Below are positions 1 through 10,540 of a stretch of DNA of 43,840 nt, piece after piece (position 1 is the stretch's first letter; every line of letters starts with the position of its first letter). The translations under genes and the position numbers were made by a program. Location of the stretch: contig CAJXIQ010000003.1 in assembly GCA_913054375.1 (NCBI GenBank), positions 1 through 43,840 on the forward strand, written 5' to 3'. Under the pieces are notes generated by a model. The model searched no databases and was not told the origin of the DNA. It was given only the letters and a program-made list of their open reading frames with translations. This DNA is from an uncultured Bacteroidota bacterium (GTDB taxonomy: Bacteria > Bacteroidota > Bacteroidia > NS11-12g > UBA9320).

Positions 1-153
1 TGAATTATTTCTATATGATTCTTTTCTTGCTCCTACAAACTCAATTTCACTCCCAGGATACTTTGCTTTTATCTCATGGGCAATAGCAATTGCTGGGAAT
101 ATATGACCACCTGTGCCACCACCTGATATGAGTACGCGATACTTTCTAGGCAT
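1..153 (-). CDS. murG: MurG N-acetylglucosaminyltransferase, N-terminal fragment (runs off window start)
   Basis: Not in ORF track. Manual translation from ATG at 153 gives [29 protein letters not shown]..., the MurG GGTGGH signature. Overlaps the ftsW stop by 8 bp, in the expected dcw position. Confidence 0.93.
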   Translation of the reverse strand, partial: MPRKYRVLISGGGTGGHIFPAIAIAHEIKAKYPGSEIEFVGARKESYRNNS

Positions 154-1294
154 TTTCTCTTTCTGGATAAATGGTTCTACTGGCACTCAAGATTATACCC
201 AAGGCAATACTGACAAAAAGGATAGACGTACCACCTCTACTTACTATAGGCAGTGCCAATCCTGTAACAGGTAAAATATTGACCGCTACTCCCATATTGA
301 TAAGGGCTTGTACCACCAAACTAAAAGCAAGTCCAATGGCCAGAAGTGCCGCTAATGAATTTTCTGATTTTAGCACGATACGAAACGATCGATAAAGCAA
401 TAACATATACAAAACGATTAATGCTAATCCCCCAAAGATACTTCCATACTCTTCTATGATAATGGCATAAATAAAGTCAGCAAATGGGGAAGGTAAAAAA
501 TTCTTTTGGCGACTACGCCCCGGACCTGTGCCTGTAAAACCTCCACGAGCAACGGCAATTTTTGCATGTCTACTCTGGTATGTACCACCATCATCGCTAC
601 CATCTGTAAAAGCCTCTATCCTACTTTTCATGGTGGCAATACGACCAAACTCTACGTCTGTATTCATCACATAAGCAAAGGCACCGCCTAGAACTAAAAC
701 GCCTATTCCTACAAGCAAACCTACCTGTTTGAGGGGTATTCTACCTAAGAAAAGGACAAGCATACTGGTAAGGAACAATACCGCTGAAGTACTAAAATCC
801 TCTGGGAATATGAGTAGACAAATGCCTAGGATAATCCCAAGAATGGGCATTAACGTTTTTTTAAAATCGTGTACCTCTCCTTGTCTTTTGGCCATAAAAC
901 GAGCTACAAATGCCACCAAGGCAAGCTTGGCAAAGTCAGAAGTTTGTACCGTTAAACCTATACCGGGTAGCATAACCCAACGGCGAGCATCGTTTATTTC
1001 TACCCCAAACAATAAGGTATAGATAAGCAATGGAACGGCTAGTATGAGCATAATTTGAGCTATCCGAGAGAAATACTGAATATTGACCATATGCGTAAGC
1101 CACATTGTAAATAAACCAAAAATCAACAATGCAGAATGCTTGAAAAGGTAATACTCCGTATCACCGCCTCTATCTTGCCATGCCATTGCACCCGTGCTGC
1201 TATATACCGCCAAAACGCCATACACGGAGAGTGCAAATACGACGAACCAAATGTATGGATCGCCTTTCAGGTATTTCCCTAAAAACTCTTTCAC
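146..1294 (-). CDS. ftsW: FtsW (SEDS family peptidoglycan polymerase)
   Basis: 382 aa, multi-TM; [21 protein letters not shown] and [16 protein letters not shown] motifs; lies between murD and murG. Confidence 0.95.
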   Translation of the reverse strand: MKEFLGKYLKGDPYIWFVVFALSVYGVLAVYSSTGAMAWQDRGGDTEYYLFKHSALLIFGLFTMWLTHMVNIQYFSRIAQIMLILAVPLLIYTLLFGVEINDARRWVMLPGIGLTVQTSDFAKLALVAFVARFMAKRQGEVHDFKKTLMPILGIILGICLLIFPEDFSTSAVLFLTSMLVLFLGRIPLKQVGLLVGIGVLVLGGAFAYVMNTDVEFGRIATMKSRIEAFTDGSDDGGTYQSRHAKIAVARGGFTGTGPGRSRQKNFLPSPFADFIYAIIIEEYGSIFGGLALIVLYMLLLYRSFRIVLKSENSLAALLAIGLAFSLVVQALINMGVAVNILPVTGLALPIVSRGGTSILFVSIALGIILSASRTIYPERENA

Positions 1295-1301
1295 CAGTCT
1301 A

Positions 1302-2645
1302 TTAAAGTGATCTTACAGCTCGTTTAAATTGATGGCCTCTGTCTTGGTAGTTATCAAACAAATCGAACGAAGCACACGCTGGAGATAGAAGAACCGTTTC
1401 TCCTTTTTCGCCAAGCCCGTAAGCAATGTCAACAGCTTCTTGTGCAGAGCCTGCATTTATCATCATATCTACATCCTTGCGAAATGCTTGGTGTAATTTC
1501 ATATTATTTTTCCCAAGGCACACGATCATTCTTACTTTCGCTTTTACCAGTGGGCTCAAAGCCTCGTAATCATTTCCTTTGTCTACCCCACCTGCAATCC
1601 AAATGATTGGGCTTTCTGCACTTTCTAGTGCGTACCATGTTGCATTTACATTGGTAGCCTTACTATCATTTATAAAACTGATTCCTTTTACTTTTCCAAC
1701 AAACTCAAGCCTATGCTCTACGTTTTTGAAATCCGAAAGGCTTTCTCTAATATTTTCTTTTCGAATGAGTAGAGAATTAGCGATGATAGAAGCCGCCATG
1801 GAATTATATGTGTTGTGTTTCCCGGCGATAGTTAATTGATTTACTGGCATATGAAATTCTGTTTTTGGTTTGTTTAGTTTTATGTTGATTTGATTATCTG
1901 CTACCCAAGCACCTTCCTCTATCGGTCCACCATCATAGGAGAACGGTATGAGTTGTGCTTTTGTAGTGTGATGCTTTAGTTGATTTACGACATCCGCGTC
2001 GTCAGCACAATAGATGAATTTCTGCTCTGCCGATTGATTGTTATTTATCCTAAACTTAGACTCAATGTATGCTTGATACGAATCGTACCTATCTAAGTGG
2101 TCTGGAGAAATATTGAGCAATACAGCGTAGTCTAGTGCTACGGTATGCATGCCATCTAGCTGAAAGCTACTGATCTCTAATACATAGAAGTCCTTATCAT
2201 TCAAGGCTACTTGCTTAGCGAAACTTATCCCTACATTGCCTGCCATGGCTACATCTAACCCCGCCTTTTCGAGCAAGTGATACGTGAGTAAAGTAGTCGT
2301 AGTTTTGCCATTGGTACCGGTAATCCCAATGAGCGTGGCAGTAGTATATGCAGCAGCAAATTCTATCTCTCCTATTACGGGTATTTTCTCTACTACTGCT
2401 CGAGTCACCATAGGAATGGTATCCGCTATCCCGGGGCTTTTTACTATTTTGACAGAAGAAAGAATCTTAGCCTCGTTGTGCCCTCCTTCTTCGTAGGCTA
2501 TTCCATATTCATCTAACTCAGCTTTAAACTGAGGCTTGATTGTACCGTAGTCGCTCACCCATACATCATACCCTTGTTTTTGGGCAAGTATGGCTGAACC
2601 TACACCGCTTTCACCAGCACCTAATATGGAAATCAGTTTGCTCAA
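1302..2645 (-). CDS. murD: UDP-N-acetylmuramoyl-L-alanine--D-glutamate ligase
   Basis: GAGESG, GITGTNGKTTT P-loop, EISSFQL, DHLDRY, HRLE, NDSKATN and SPACASFD motifs. Confidence 0.97.
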   Translation of the reverse strand: MSKLISILGAGESGVGSAILAQKQGYDVWVSDYGTIKPQFKAELDEYGIAYEEGGHNEAKILSSVKIVKSPGIADTIPMVTRAVVEKIPVIGEIEFAAAYTTATLIGITGTNGKTTTTLLTYHLLEKAGLDVAMAGNVGISFAKQVALNDKDFYVLEISSFQLDGMHTVALDYAVLLNISPDHLDRYDSYQAYIESKFRINNNQSAEQKFIYCADDADVVNQLKHHTTKAQLIPFSYDGGPIEEGAWVADNQINIKLNKPKTEFHMPVNQLTIAGKHNTYNSMAASIIANSLLIRKENIRESLSDFKNVEHRLEFVGKVKGISFINDSKATNVNATWYALESAESPIIWIAGGVDKGNDYEALSPLVKAKVRMIVCLGKNNMKLHQAFRKDVDMMINAGSAQEAVDIAYGLGEKGETVLLSPACASFDLFDNYQDRGHQFKRAVRSL

Positions 2646-2648
2646 TTC

Positions 2649-3899
2649 TTATCTTAGCTTGAATGTGATAATGGTAAAAATGGCTAGCATGATGCCAACA
2701 ATCCAGAAGCGTACAACTATTTTAGGCTCTGCATATCCTAGTTTTTGGTAATGATGATGAAGTGGAGACATTTTAAAGATCCTTCTACCTTCACCGTATT
2801 TCTTTTTGGTGTACTTGAAATAACTCACTTGCATCATCACACTCAGATTTTCTACTAAGAATATTCCACACAAAATAGGAAGCACAAGCTCCTTGCGTAT
2901 CATAAGAGCAAATACCGCTATAACACCTCCTAGTGCTAAACTGCCCGTATCGCCCATAAAAACCTGAGCAGGAAAGCTATTATACCACAAGAATCCAATA
3001 CATGCACCTGCTAGTGCAGCTGCATAAATCACCAATTCACCCTGATTTGGTATGAACATGATATTGAGGTAATCTGAAAATATGAGGTTACCACTGATAA
3101 AGGCGAGTACTGCCAGCGTAATACTAACAATAGCACTTGTACCCGCAGCTAATCCGTCTATCCCATCTGTAAGGTTGGCACCATTGGATACGGCAGTTAC
3201 CACCACTACTACCACGAGCATAAAAACAATCCAAGACCATTTTTTTGCCGCAGCGTCACTCATCCAAAATAAGAATTTTGAATAATCTATCTCATGTGCT
3301 TTGATAAATGGAAGCGTAGTTGTTGTACTTTTCACATCTTTAAAATACATCAACTGCCCATTGATATTTTTCACCTCAACTCCTTCTGGAGCTTCTTGTA
3401 CGGTAGCTACTTTATACTGCTCACGCACTACAACGTCGTCATTGAAATGAAGAACAAGAGCTACTATAACACCCAAGCCTACTTGACCTACCACCTTAAA
3501 TCTACCGGCTAGTCCTCCTTTGTCTTTCTTATAAATTTTTATATAATCATCTATAAATCCAATAACACCCAGCCATACGGTACTGAATATCATGAGTTGG
3601 ACATAGATATTATTTAGCTTTGCAAAAAGCAATGTAGGAATAAGGATAGCTGCTATAATGATAAGGCCACCCATGGTAGGTGTACCTCTTTTTGCTTCTT
3701 CACCACTAAGACCGAGAGTACGGATAGTCTCCGCAGCTTGCAAGTTTCTTAACTTTTCTATGAGCGTTTTTCCAAAAACCAAGGAAATAATAAGCGACAC
3801 AATTACCGCTAGCGAAGCTCTAAATGAGATATACTGAAACACACCTGCTCCAGGTAGGTTGTATGTGTCTTGTAGGTAGTCGAATAAGTGATATAACAT
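2649..3899 (-). CDS. mraY: Phospho-N-acetylmuramoyl-pentapeptide transferase
   Basis: [32 protein letters not shown] and PLHHHY motifs. Confidence 0.97.
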   Translation of the reverse strand: MLYHLFDYLQDTYNLPGAGVFQYISFRASLAVIVSLIISLVFGKTLIEKLRNLQAAETIRTLGLSGEEAKRGTPTMGGLIIIAAILIPTLLFAKLNNIYVQLMIFSTVWLGVIGFIDDYIKIYKKDKGGLAGRFKVVGQVGLGVIVALVLHFNDDVVVREQYKVATVQEAPEGVEVKNINGQLMYFKDVKSTTTTLPFIKAHEIDYSKFLFWMSDAAAKKWSWIVFMLVVVVVVTAVSNGANLTDGIDGLAAGTSAIVSITLAVLAFISGNLIFSDYLNIMFIPNQGELVIYAAALAGACIGFLWYNSFPAQVFMGDTGSLALGGVIAVFALMIRKELVLPILCGIFLVENLSVMMQVSYFKYTKKKYGEGRRIFKMSPLHHHYQKLGYAEPKIVVRFWIVGIMLAIFTIITFKLR

Positions 3900-5356
3900 T
3901 ACTCTTTTATTAGTTTTAAGTTCTTGATTATGATTTCTTTATCATCAAATGGTTGACGTACTCCATTGATTTCTTGGTAGGTCTCGTGACCCTTGCCTGC
4001 TACTAGTATTACATCTCCATAGCTACTCAGACTTATGGCCGTTTTTATGGCTTCTTCTCTGTTGCTTATTTGCAATACCTTCTTGAAATGTTTGGGTTCT
4101 ACTCCGACCATCATTTCTTTGATGATCTCATTTGGATCCTCGTTACGTGGATTATCGCTAGTTAAAATTACACGCGTACTAGCCTCACAGGCTATACGAG
4201 CCATCACCGGACGTTTCTCTTTGTCTCTATTCCCACCGCAGCCTACTACAGTGATAAATTGCTCATTTGTAGTACGTATTGCATTTACAGTATCTACTAC
4301 ATTTTGCAGTGCATCTGGTGTATGGGCATAGTCTACTATAGCTGTAATCCCTGCTTCTTTTATATTCTGAAAACGCCCATCTACACTATTGATAGCACTG
4401 AGTGCTGTTACTATATCTAAATGCTCTTTACCAAGCAAAAATGCCGCACCATAAACGGACAGTACATTGTATGCATTGAACTTACCTACTAGCCTGAGCC
4501 AAACTTCACTAGTGCGTATATTCAAGAGCATACCATCGAAGTCGCTTTCTATCACTTTCGTTTTGAAATCGCTTATCGACTTTAGACTGTAGGTATACAC
4601 ACTCGCCTTGGTGTTCTGCACCATTACTTTTCCATTCTTATCGTCCTTATTTACCAATGCAAAAGCATCTGCTCCCAAGCCATCAAAAAGGCGTTTTTTG
4701 GTATATAGATATTCTTTGAAGTCTGTATGATAATCGAGATGATCGTGCGTAATATTGGAGAATATTGCTCCATTAAATTCGAGTCCTACAGTTCTTTTTT
4801 GGTGCAACGCATGAGAACTCACTTCCATAAAAGCATACTCACATCCTGCATCTACCATCTCCGCTAGTAGCTCATTGATACGAACACTGTTTGGCGTGGT
4901 ATGCGTACTAATGGTATCTACACCATTGATACTATATTTTATGGTAGAAAGCAGACCGCACTTGTGACCCATATTCATAAAACACTGGTATAGCATAGTA
5001 GCTATCGATGTTTTACCATTGGTACCTGTAACACCCACAAGCTGAATATTGCTACTTGGATTCTCATAGTACTCTGAAGCCAATTTACCTAAAGCCTCTG
5101 CAGCATCTGACACCACTACATATGTAGCATTACCTCGTTCTGCTGGCAATTCCTCACACAGTATTACACTTGCACCTTGCTCTAAAGCCTTGCTAATATA
5201 CAAGTGTCCATCTGTAGAAGCACCGCGAGTAGCTGCAAACAAAAAACCTTGTTTCACCTCACGAGAATCCAATGTAAGTCCATGTAAATCTCGTTCTTGG
5301 TCACCAACTATCGAAGTCGGTTTTATTGCAGATAATATGTCTATTAGTACTCTCAA
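3899..5356 (-). CDS. murE: UDP-MurNAc-dipeptide--meso-diaminopimelate ligase
   Basis: [33 protein letters not shown] (meso-DAP specificity) and GKGHE motifs. TTG start overlaps the ftsI stop by 4 bp. Confidence 0.97.
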   Translation of the reverse strand: MRVLIDILSAIKPTSIVGDQERDLHGLTLDSREVKQGFLFAATRGASTDGHLYISKALEQGASVILCEELPAERGNATYVVVSDAAEALGKLASEYYENPSSNIQLVGVTGTNGKTSIATMLYQCFMNMGHKCGLLSTIKYSINGVDTISTHTTPNSVRINELLAEMVDAGCEYAFMEVSSHALHQKRTVGLEFNGAIFSNITHDHLDYHTDFKEYLYTKKRLFDGLGADAFALVNKDDKNGKVMVQNTKASVYTYSLKSISDFKTKVIESDFDGMLLNIRTSEVWLRLVGKFNAYNVLSVYGAAFLLGKEHLDIVTALSAINSVDGRFQNIKEAGITAIVDYAHTPDALQNVVDTVNAIRTTNEQFITVVGCGGNRDKEKRPVMARIACEASTRVILTSDNPRNEDPNEIIKEMMVGVEPKHFKKVLQISNREEAIKTAISLSSYGDVILVAGKGHETYQEINGVRQPFDDKEIIIKNLKLIKE

Positions 5357-7422
5357 TTCAACCGGATATAAACTGTTCTATTTGCTTGGACACGTGTACC
5401 TGGTTCTGGACTCTGCTCCATCACTCTACCGTGACCATGAATTATTGATCGAAAGCCGTTTAACTCTAAGAGATACATCGCATCTTTAGCGCCCATACCT
5501 TTCAGGTTTGGAACCTTACCGTCTCGCACAACCACACCACTTGCTGACCCAGAAACCGCATTAATACTTACGATATCTGTATTTACCTCGTTTTTTAGTT
5601 TTACGTTTAGCACATTATTTAGCTGCTTGAAATCTGAATAATAACCGCGGGTGTACAACGGTGACTCTGTGCCTTTGTAGTCAATTTCTTGCTTGACACT
5701 AATGGTAAATATCTTATTAGCGATTTCACTAAATACTGGTGCAGCTACAGATGAGGCATAAAACTTACCGTTACTAGGCTCGGTTACACGCACGTAAATA
5801 CTATACACTGGCTTATCCGCAGGGAAATGACCCACAAAACTGGCATTGTACTTTTTTGATTTCTGGTAAGCACCTTTGGTGGCTATCTGTGCCGTACCTG
5901 TTTTTCCGCCCATAGAAACCACATTACTTCGCACTCCACGAGCAGATCCCTCGGTAAATACAGCAGCAGTTATTTCTTTGATCTTGTCTGATGTTTTCTT
6001 ACTGCAAACGCGAATTCTATTTACTTTTTTGTTATTGTCCTTGATAACCAAACCAGCATCTGTGACCTGATTTACAATCCGTGGCTTAATCATAATGCCG
6101 TCATTAATAATGCCGTTATATGCCGTAAGTAATTGCAAAGGAGTGTGTTGATTCTCATAACCTATGGCCAACCAAGGAAGCGTAAGCTGAGACCAACTAC
6201 TACTTTGCGGATGATTGAGAAACGGTTTTTCTTCTCCCAGTATCTCAATGCCTGTGGTTTTATCTAAATCTAGCTTTCTTAAGTGTGCTATATATTTACT
6301 CGGGTTCTTGGCATAATTGTCAAAAATTATAGAAGAAAATGCTACGTTACTGGAACGGGCAAACGCTTGCTTAAAACTCATTTTAGCAAAGCGACCTTTG
6401 TCTGAATCTCGCATTGGCTTACCGAAATAATCACGTTCACCATTCATTATGTCTATTGTATCATTTACATCAATAAGTCCATCTTCAAATGCTGCCATAG
6501 CGGAGTATACTTTCCATACCGAACCTGGCTCATAACTGCCCCCTACTGCATAATTATACAACTCACCATATGTTCCATCTTCTCTTCTTTTTAGGTTAGA
6601 AATAGCTTTTATTTTACCCGTAGTCACTTCCATTACTACCACACAACCGTGCTTAGCTGCATGCTGTACAAGTGCTTTCTTGAGCGAACGTTGCGCAATT
6701 TCTTGAAAATCTATATTGATAGATGTATGAACATCACGCCCGTTTTGAGGCTCTATTAAATTTGCATCATTGAGTGGACGATAGCCGCCAGAGATACGCT
6801 GCACTAAGCGCTTACCTTTGGTTCCCCCTAAATCTTCATCGTACGCTCTCTCAAGACCTACACCGGGATTATCAACTGTACTATATCCTATAGTCCTGTA
6901 TGCTAATTGGCCCGCTGGCTTCACACGTTTAGTATTTAACTCAAATAATACTCCGCCTTTGTATCTTCCTTTTCTGAAAATAGCAAAGTCACGGATTGCT
7001 TTCTGTTGGTGATAATTCACCTTACGACGAATTAATTTATATCTATTCTGGTCTGCCCTGGCTTTTTTGAGCATTGCCAAGAAGTATGATGCAGAGTGAT
7101 TGGGAAACAATTCTGACAATTGGAAAGCCAGCTCATTCACATACATCTTGAAGGTATCTGCATTTACAACGGTTGCATCCCATCGTATATCGTAAATGGG
7201 CATAGAAGTAGAAAGTAAGCTCCCATCATCCGAATAAATATTTCCTCTGGCTGGGCTAATATCAATACGACGAATAGTCGTGCTGTCTGACAAGCTCAAC
7301 CACTTATCACCCTCGACTATTTGCACTCTAAACATCTGAAAAGTAACATACAATGCAAAAAGAGCTACGACGCTCATGCCGAAGACCACACGCCACATTA
7401 TGCTTTGCCTTACATTAGTCAT
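5353..7422 (-). CDS. ftsI: Division transpeptidase PBP3 with C-terminal PASTA domain
   Basis: N-terminal TM, RGNIY, EPGSVWK (SxxK), SSN and KTGTAQ motifs; VPNLKGM...EQSPEPG PASTA-like tail. Confidence 0.93.
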   Translation of the reverse strand: MTNVRQSIMWRVVFGMSVVALFALYVTFQMFRVQIVEGDKWLSLSDSTTIRRIDISPARGNIYSDDGSLLSTSMPIYDIRWDATVVNADTFKMYVNELAFQLSELFPNHSASYFLAMLKKARADQNRYKLIRRKVNYHQQKAIRDFAIFRKGRYKGGVLFELNTKRVKPAGQLAYRTIGYSTVDNPGVGLERAYDEDLGGTKGKRLVQRISGGYRPLNDANLIEPQNGRDVHTSINIDFQEIAQRSLKKALVQHAAKHGCVVVMEVTTGKIKAISNLKRREDGTYGELYNYAVGGSYEPGSVWKVYSAMAAFEDGLIDVNDTIDIMNGERDYFGKPMRDSDKGRFAKMSFKQAFARSSNVAFSSIIFDNYAKNPSKYIAHLRKLDLDKTTGIEILGEEKPFLNHPQSSSWSQLTLPWLAIGYENQHTPLQLLTAYNGIINDGIMIKPRIVNQVTDAGLVIKDNNKKVNRIRVCSKKTSDKIKEITAAVFTEGSARGVRSNVVSMGGKTGTAQIATKGAYQKSKKYNASFVGHFPADKPVYSIYVRVTEPSNGKFYASSVAAPVFSEIANKIFTISVKQEIDYKGTESPLYTRGYYSDFKQLNNVLNVKLKNEVNTDIVSINAVSGSASGVVVRDGKVPNLKGMGAKDAMYLLELNGFRSIIHGHGRVMEQSPEPGTRVQANRTVYIRLN

Positions 7423-7723
7423 TTTTTTGCTTTTTTATGACTGTTACTGCTCTATTGGGTTCTTTCACCCCACGCTCAGTTAGTCGTTCTTCCAGATTTG
7501 CTCTTGAGCGATTTTTCATTAATTCGGATTTGAGTGTGATATTCTCCGCTCTTTTTTCCACTAGGTTTTTTTTAGTAGACTCTATATCGCGTACTATGTT
7601 ATCTGTACGATGTGTGAGGTAGATATACAGTAGAGCCACCCCAAATAAGAAGATAAGGTAGTTGATCCATTCGGTGGTGAGCTTAAGTTCTGGCGTCAAA
7701 ATGGATTTCTTTTGTTTTGCCAT
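7415..7723 (-). CDS. ftsL: FtsL-like cell division protein
   Basis: 102 aa, single TM followed by a coiled coil; lies between rsmH and ftsI. Confidence 0.8.
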   Translation of the reverse strand: MAKQKKSILTPELKLTTEWINYLIFLFGVALLYIYLTHRTDNIVRDIESTKKNLVEKRAENITLKSELMKNRSRANLEERLTERGVKEPNRAVTVIKKQKND

Positions 7724-8628
7724 CAGATACGTTCTGCTACTCTGAGTTTTGCACTGCGTGCTCTGGAATTTATCTCTATCTCTTGGCTGCTCGCCATGAC
7801 AGGCTTGCGACTTATCGCCTTATACACCTGCGGTAAGTTTCCAAACGGATCTGGATTCTTGTCTCCAGCTACATTGCCCGTTTGCACAAGGTTCTTTACT
7901 ATTCTATCTTCTAACGAGTGGTAAGACATAACTACTAGCCTCCCACTGGGCTTAAGCAAATCTGTAGCCTGCTCAAGCATTAGCTCTAGTGTGCTCATCT
8001 CTGCATTCACCTCGATACGCACTGCCTGGTACACCTTAGCTAGCGTCTTATTTCTTGTCTTATCATTGAGAAATCGCTCCAATGCTATTTCGAGGTCTTC
8101 TGTAGTTTCTATGGGTTTTGCCGCACGATAATTGAGCACAGCATTTGCCATAGGCGACGCCTTATCCAACTCTCCATAACTACGAAACACCTTTGCCAAT
8201 CTTGGCTGATCATACGTATTGAGTACATTCTTAGCGGAAATTTCTGCTTCCGTATTCATACGCATATCCAGATCGGCCTCTCCAAATCGAAAAGAAAAGC
8301 CTCTACCCTTTGCATCTAAGTGATGCGAACTCACACCCAAATCTGCTAAAAGACCGTCTATTTTGCTCACTCCATAGTAGGAGCAGAAGTTTTCTAAATA
8401 CCTAAAATTTCCTTGACAGAAGTACAATCGTGGATCATCTATTCTATTTTCAACAGCATCTTCGTCTTGGTCAAAAACCAATAACTTACCCCTCTCACCA
8501 AGTACGTTTAATATAGCTCGCGAATGGCCACCACCGCCGTAGGTAACATCTACATACACGCCGTTCGGTTCTATTCGCAATCCATCGAGACACTCTTGCA
8601 GCATTACAGGTACGTGATACTTACTCAT
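7723..8628 (-). CDS. rsmH: 16S rRNA m4C1402 methyltransferase
   Basis: YHVPVML, DVTYGGGGHS, DLGVSS, LDMRM, SYHSLEDR and RARSAKLR motifs. Start refined to ATG 8628 (MSKYHVPV), overlapping the mraZ stop. Confidence 0.96.
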   Translation of the reverse strand: MSKYHVPVMLQECLDGLRIEPNGVYVDVTYGGGGHSRAILNVLGERGKLLVFDQDEDAVENRIDDPRLYFCQGNFRYLENFCSYYGVSKIDGLLADLGVSSHHLDAKGRGFSFRFGEADLDMRMNTEAEISAKNVLNTYDQPRLAKVFRSYGELDKASPMANAVLNYRAAKPIETTEDLEIALERFLNDKTRNKTLAKVYQAVRIEVNAEMSTLELMLEQATDLLKPSGRLVVMSYHSLEDRIVKNLVQTGNVAGDKNPDPFGNLPQVYKAISRKPVMASSQEIEINSRARSAKLRVAERI

Positions 8629-9094
8629 TATCACCTCCCTTAGTTGCATTGCCCATTACATCTTCAGCCAAATTAGCAAAGTCGTCTGCATCTACATCCA
8701 TCATGTCTTCATATAGATGTTTACTCCAGATTTCTATTCGATTGCCATACGCATAAAAAATGGCCTCATTCTTAATCTCAGCATACTCACACAATTTTTT
8801 GGGCACTAGCATACGAGAGGAGTTGTCTAATTGTATCTCAGTCGCACCATTACTAAACTGACGAATGAACATACGGTGCTGCTTATTGAAATGATTGAGA
8901 GATTGCAATCCATTCAACTCATCATCCCAGTCTTTTCGGGTATAAAGCGTGAGACACTTTTCAAAGCCACGATTCACCACTAACTTACCTACAGCATCTT
9001 TCGGAAGCTGCTTTTTGAGACCAGCAGGCAAAACCACACGACCCTTGTCGTCTAGTTTGACCTCAAATTCTCCTATGTAAAGTGGTTTAGACAC
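8621..9094 (-). CDS. mraZ: Division/cell wall transcriptional repressor MraZ
   Basis: KLDDKGRVVLP and LDNSSRMLVP duplicated motifs, GNRIEIW; first gene of the dcw cluster. Confidence 0.95.
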   Translation of the reverse strand: MSKPLYIGEFEVKLDDKGRVVLPAGLKKQLPKDAVGKLVVNRGFEKCLTLYTRKDWDDELNGLQSLNHFNKQHRMFIRQFSNGATEIQLDNSSRMLVPKKLCEYAEIKNEAIFYAYGNRIEIWSKHLYEDMMDVDADDFANLAEDVMGNATKGGDNE

Positions 9095-9116
9095 GGTTTA
9101 TCTTTTTTGTTGATGT

Positions 9117-9124
9117 CAAAAGTA
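9117..9124 (-). promoter_or_regulatory. Bacteroidota sigma-A -7 element (TACTTTTG) for the mraZ/dcw operon
   Basis: Exact TAnnTTTG match 22 nt upstream of the mraZ GTG. Confidence 0.75.
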
Positions 9125-9130
9125 AAACGA

Positions 9131-9160
9131 AATCTCCCACTTTACCCCACTATCTCCCAC
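9131..9160 (-). promoter_or_regulatory. MraZ operator: three GTGGG direct repeats at 10-bp period
   Basis: Minus strand reads GTGGGAGATA GTGGGGTAAA GTGGGAGATT, immediately upstream of the -7 element. Matches the known TGGG/GTGG-type phased MraZ boxes. Confidence 0.85.
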
Positions 9161-9412
9161 TTTTTCACATAAGTATTCCACAAACAATGTTATTTACTTG
9201 ATTACTAACGTTTTAATAGGTGGCATAAATTCCCGTAAATTTTCAGTATTAGCGTTTATGGACGGATAAAAAGCGCCTTTTTGGGGTATAAAGGGAGAAT
9301 GTGGGACACGATAGGACCACAGAAAACGCCCAGACGCGTATGCCTACAAAAAGAAGATTACCATACCACACATCGTTCAAAAACAGCGTACCTACATCAT
9401 TGCCACTTCGCT

Positions 9413-9420
9413 TACCTTTG
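9413..9420 (+). promoter_or_regulatory. -7 element (TACCTTTG) for rlmF
   Basis: TAnnTTTG match 9 nt before ATG 9430. Confidence 0.7.
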
Positions 9421-9429
9421 TAGCTGTAT

Positions 9430-10413
9430 ATGTCTCAAAAACAACAGCCAAAACCAAGCACTACCGGAGTAAAAAGTAAACTGCACCCAAGAAATAGAAA
9501 TAAGAGCAGGTATAACTTTAAGCAGCTGATTGAAGAAAACCCTGCTCTAAAAAAATACGTAGCGGTTAACAAGTACGGTTCAGAAACAATAGATTTCTTT
9601 AATGCTGATGCAGTAAAGCTTCTCAATCAAGCATTACTAAAAAAAGACTATGGCATAGATCATTGGGATATTCCTCAAGATTTCTTGTGCCCTCCTATAC
9701 CGGGCAGAGCCGATTATATACACCATATTGCAGACTTACTAGGCAACGACGACAATGAAAATATACCTCGTGGACCACGTGTAAAAGTCCTAGACATAGG
9801 TACGGGAGCAAATTGCATCTATCCCATAATAGGCTGCATAGAATACGATTGGAATTTTGTAGCTGCGGATATCAATCCTAAAAGTATACAAATCGCTACC
9901 GCTATCACTAAAGCAAACAAACTAGCAATAGAAGTACGTTTGCAACGCAATCCTTCTAACATTTTCAAAGGAGTCATTAAAGCAGACGAGCACTTTGATA
10001 TAACGACATGTAACCCTCCGTTTCACGCGAGTGCTGAGGATGCTATACATGCCAATATGCGTAAGGTAAAAAATCTGTCCAAAGGAAAAGCAACTGACAG
10101 TAAAGGTAATAAACCTATTACAGCAGTAAGTTTTGGTGGCCAGCATACTGAACTTTGGTGTGTTGGTGGCGAGATTCGATTTGTCCGCGATATGATAAAA
10201 GAGAGTGCTCTTTTTAAGAAAAACGTATTATGGTTTAGTACTTTGGTGAGTAAGGAGGGCAATCTAAAAGATATATACGAATCGCTTCGAAATGTAAATG
10301 CTCAACAAGTAAAAACCATAGATATGGGACAAGGCAATAAGAGTAGTCGCGTAGTAGCTTGGTCTTACCACACAGCCAATGAGCGTAAAAATTGGAGACG
10401 TGGGAACGGATAA
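9430..10413 (+). CDS. rlmF: 23S rRNA m6A1618 methyltransferase
   Basis: LHPRN, LCPPIPGRADYIH, LDIGTGANCIYP, CNPPFH, ELWCVGGE and MGQGNKSSR motifs. Confidence 0.95.
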   Translation: MSQKQQPKPSTTGVKSKLHPRNRNKSRYNFKQLIEENPALKKYVAVNKYGSETIDFFNADAVKLLNQALLKKDYGIDHWDIPQDFLCPPIPGRADYIHHIADLLGNDDNENIPRGPRVKVLDIGTGANCIYPIIGCIEYDWNFVAADINPKSIQIATAITKANKLAIEVRLQRNPSNIFKGVIKADEHFDITTCNPPFHASAEDAIHANMRKVKNLSKGKATDSKGNKPITAVSFGGQHTELWCVGGEIRFVRDMIKESALFKKNVLWFSTLVSKEGNLKDIYESLRNVNAQQVKTIDMGQGNKSSRVVAWSYHTANERKNWRRGNG

Positions 10414-10435
10414 ATACACCTAATCCCTCCCAAAT

Positions 10436-10468
10436 AAAAAAGGCAAACCGAGAGGTTTGCCTTTTTTT
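10436..10468. terminator. Bidirectional intrinsic terminator between rlmF and the PNGase gene
   Basis: AAAAAA-GGCAAACC-GAGA-GGTTTGCC-TTTTTTT between convergent genes. Confidence 0.9.
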
Positions 10469-10540
10469 GTTTCTTAGCGTATTTTCTTTGTCCTTCAATG
10501 CGTGCCGCTACCGCGAAACTCTCAGGTATTCAAACGAATA

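Noticed and set aside
1-30. MurG translation after FVGA (RKESYRNNS) does not resemble the usual G..E...VP motif; possible frameshift
   Set aside because: Only ~9 codons at the window edge; cannot distinguish divergence from an assembly-end artefact.
3899-3899. murF missing between murE and mraY
   Set aside because: Normal dcw arrangement in Bacteroidota.
10500-10535. GAAACTCTCAGG resembles the glycine riboswitch 3' motif
   Set aside because: No GGAGA or CCGAAG elements, and it lies after a terminator next to a convergent stop codon.
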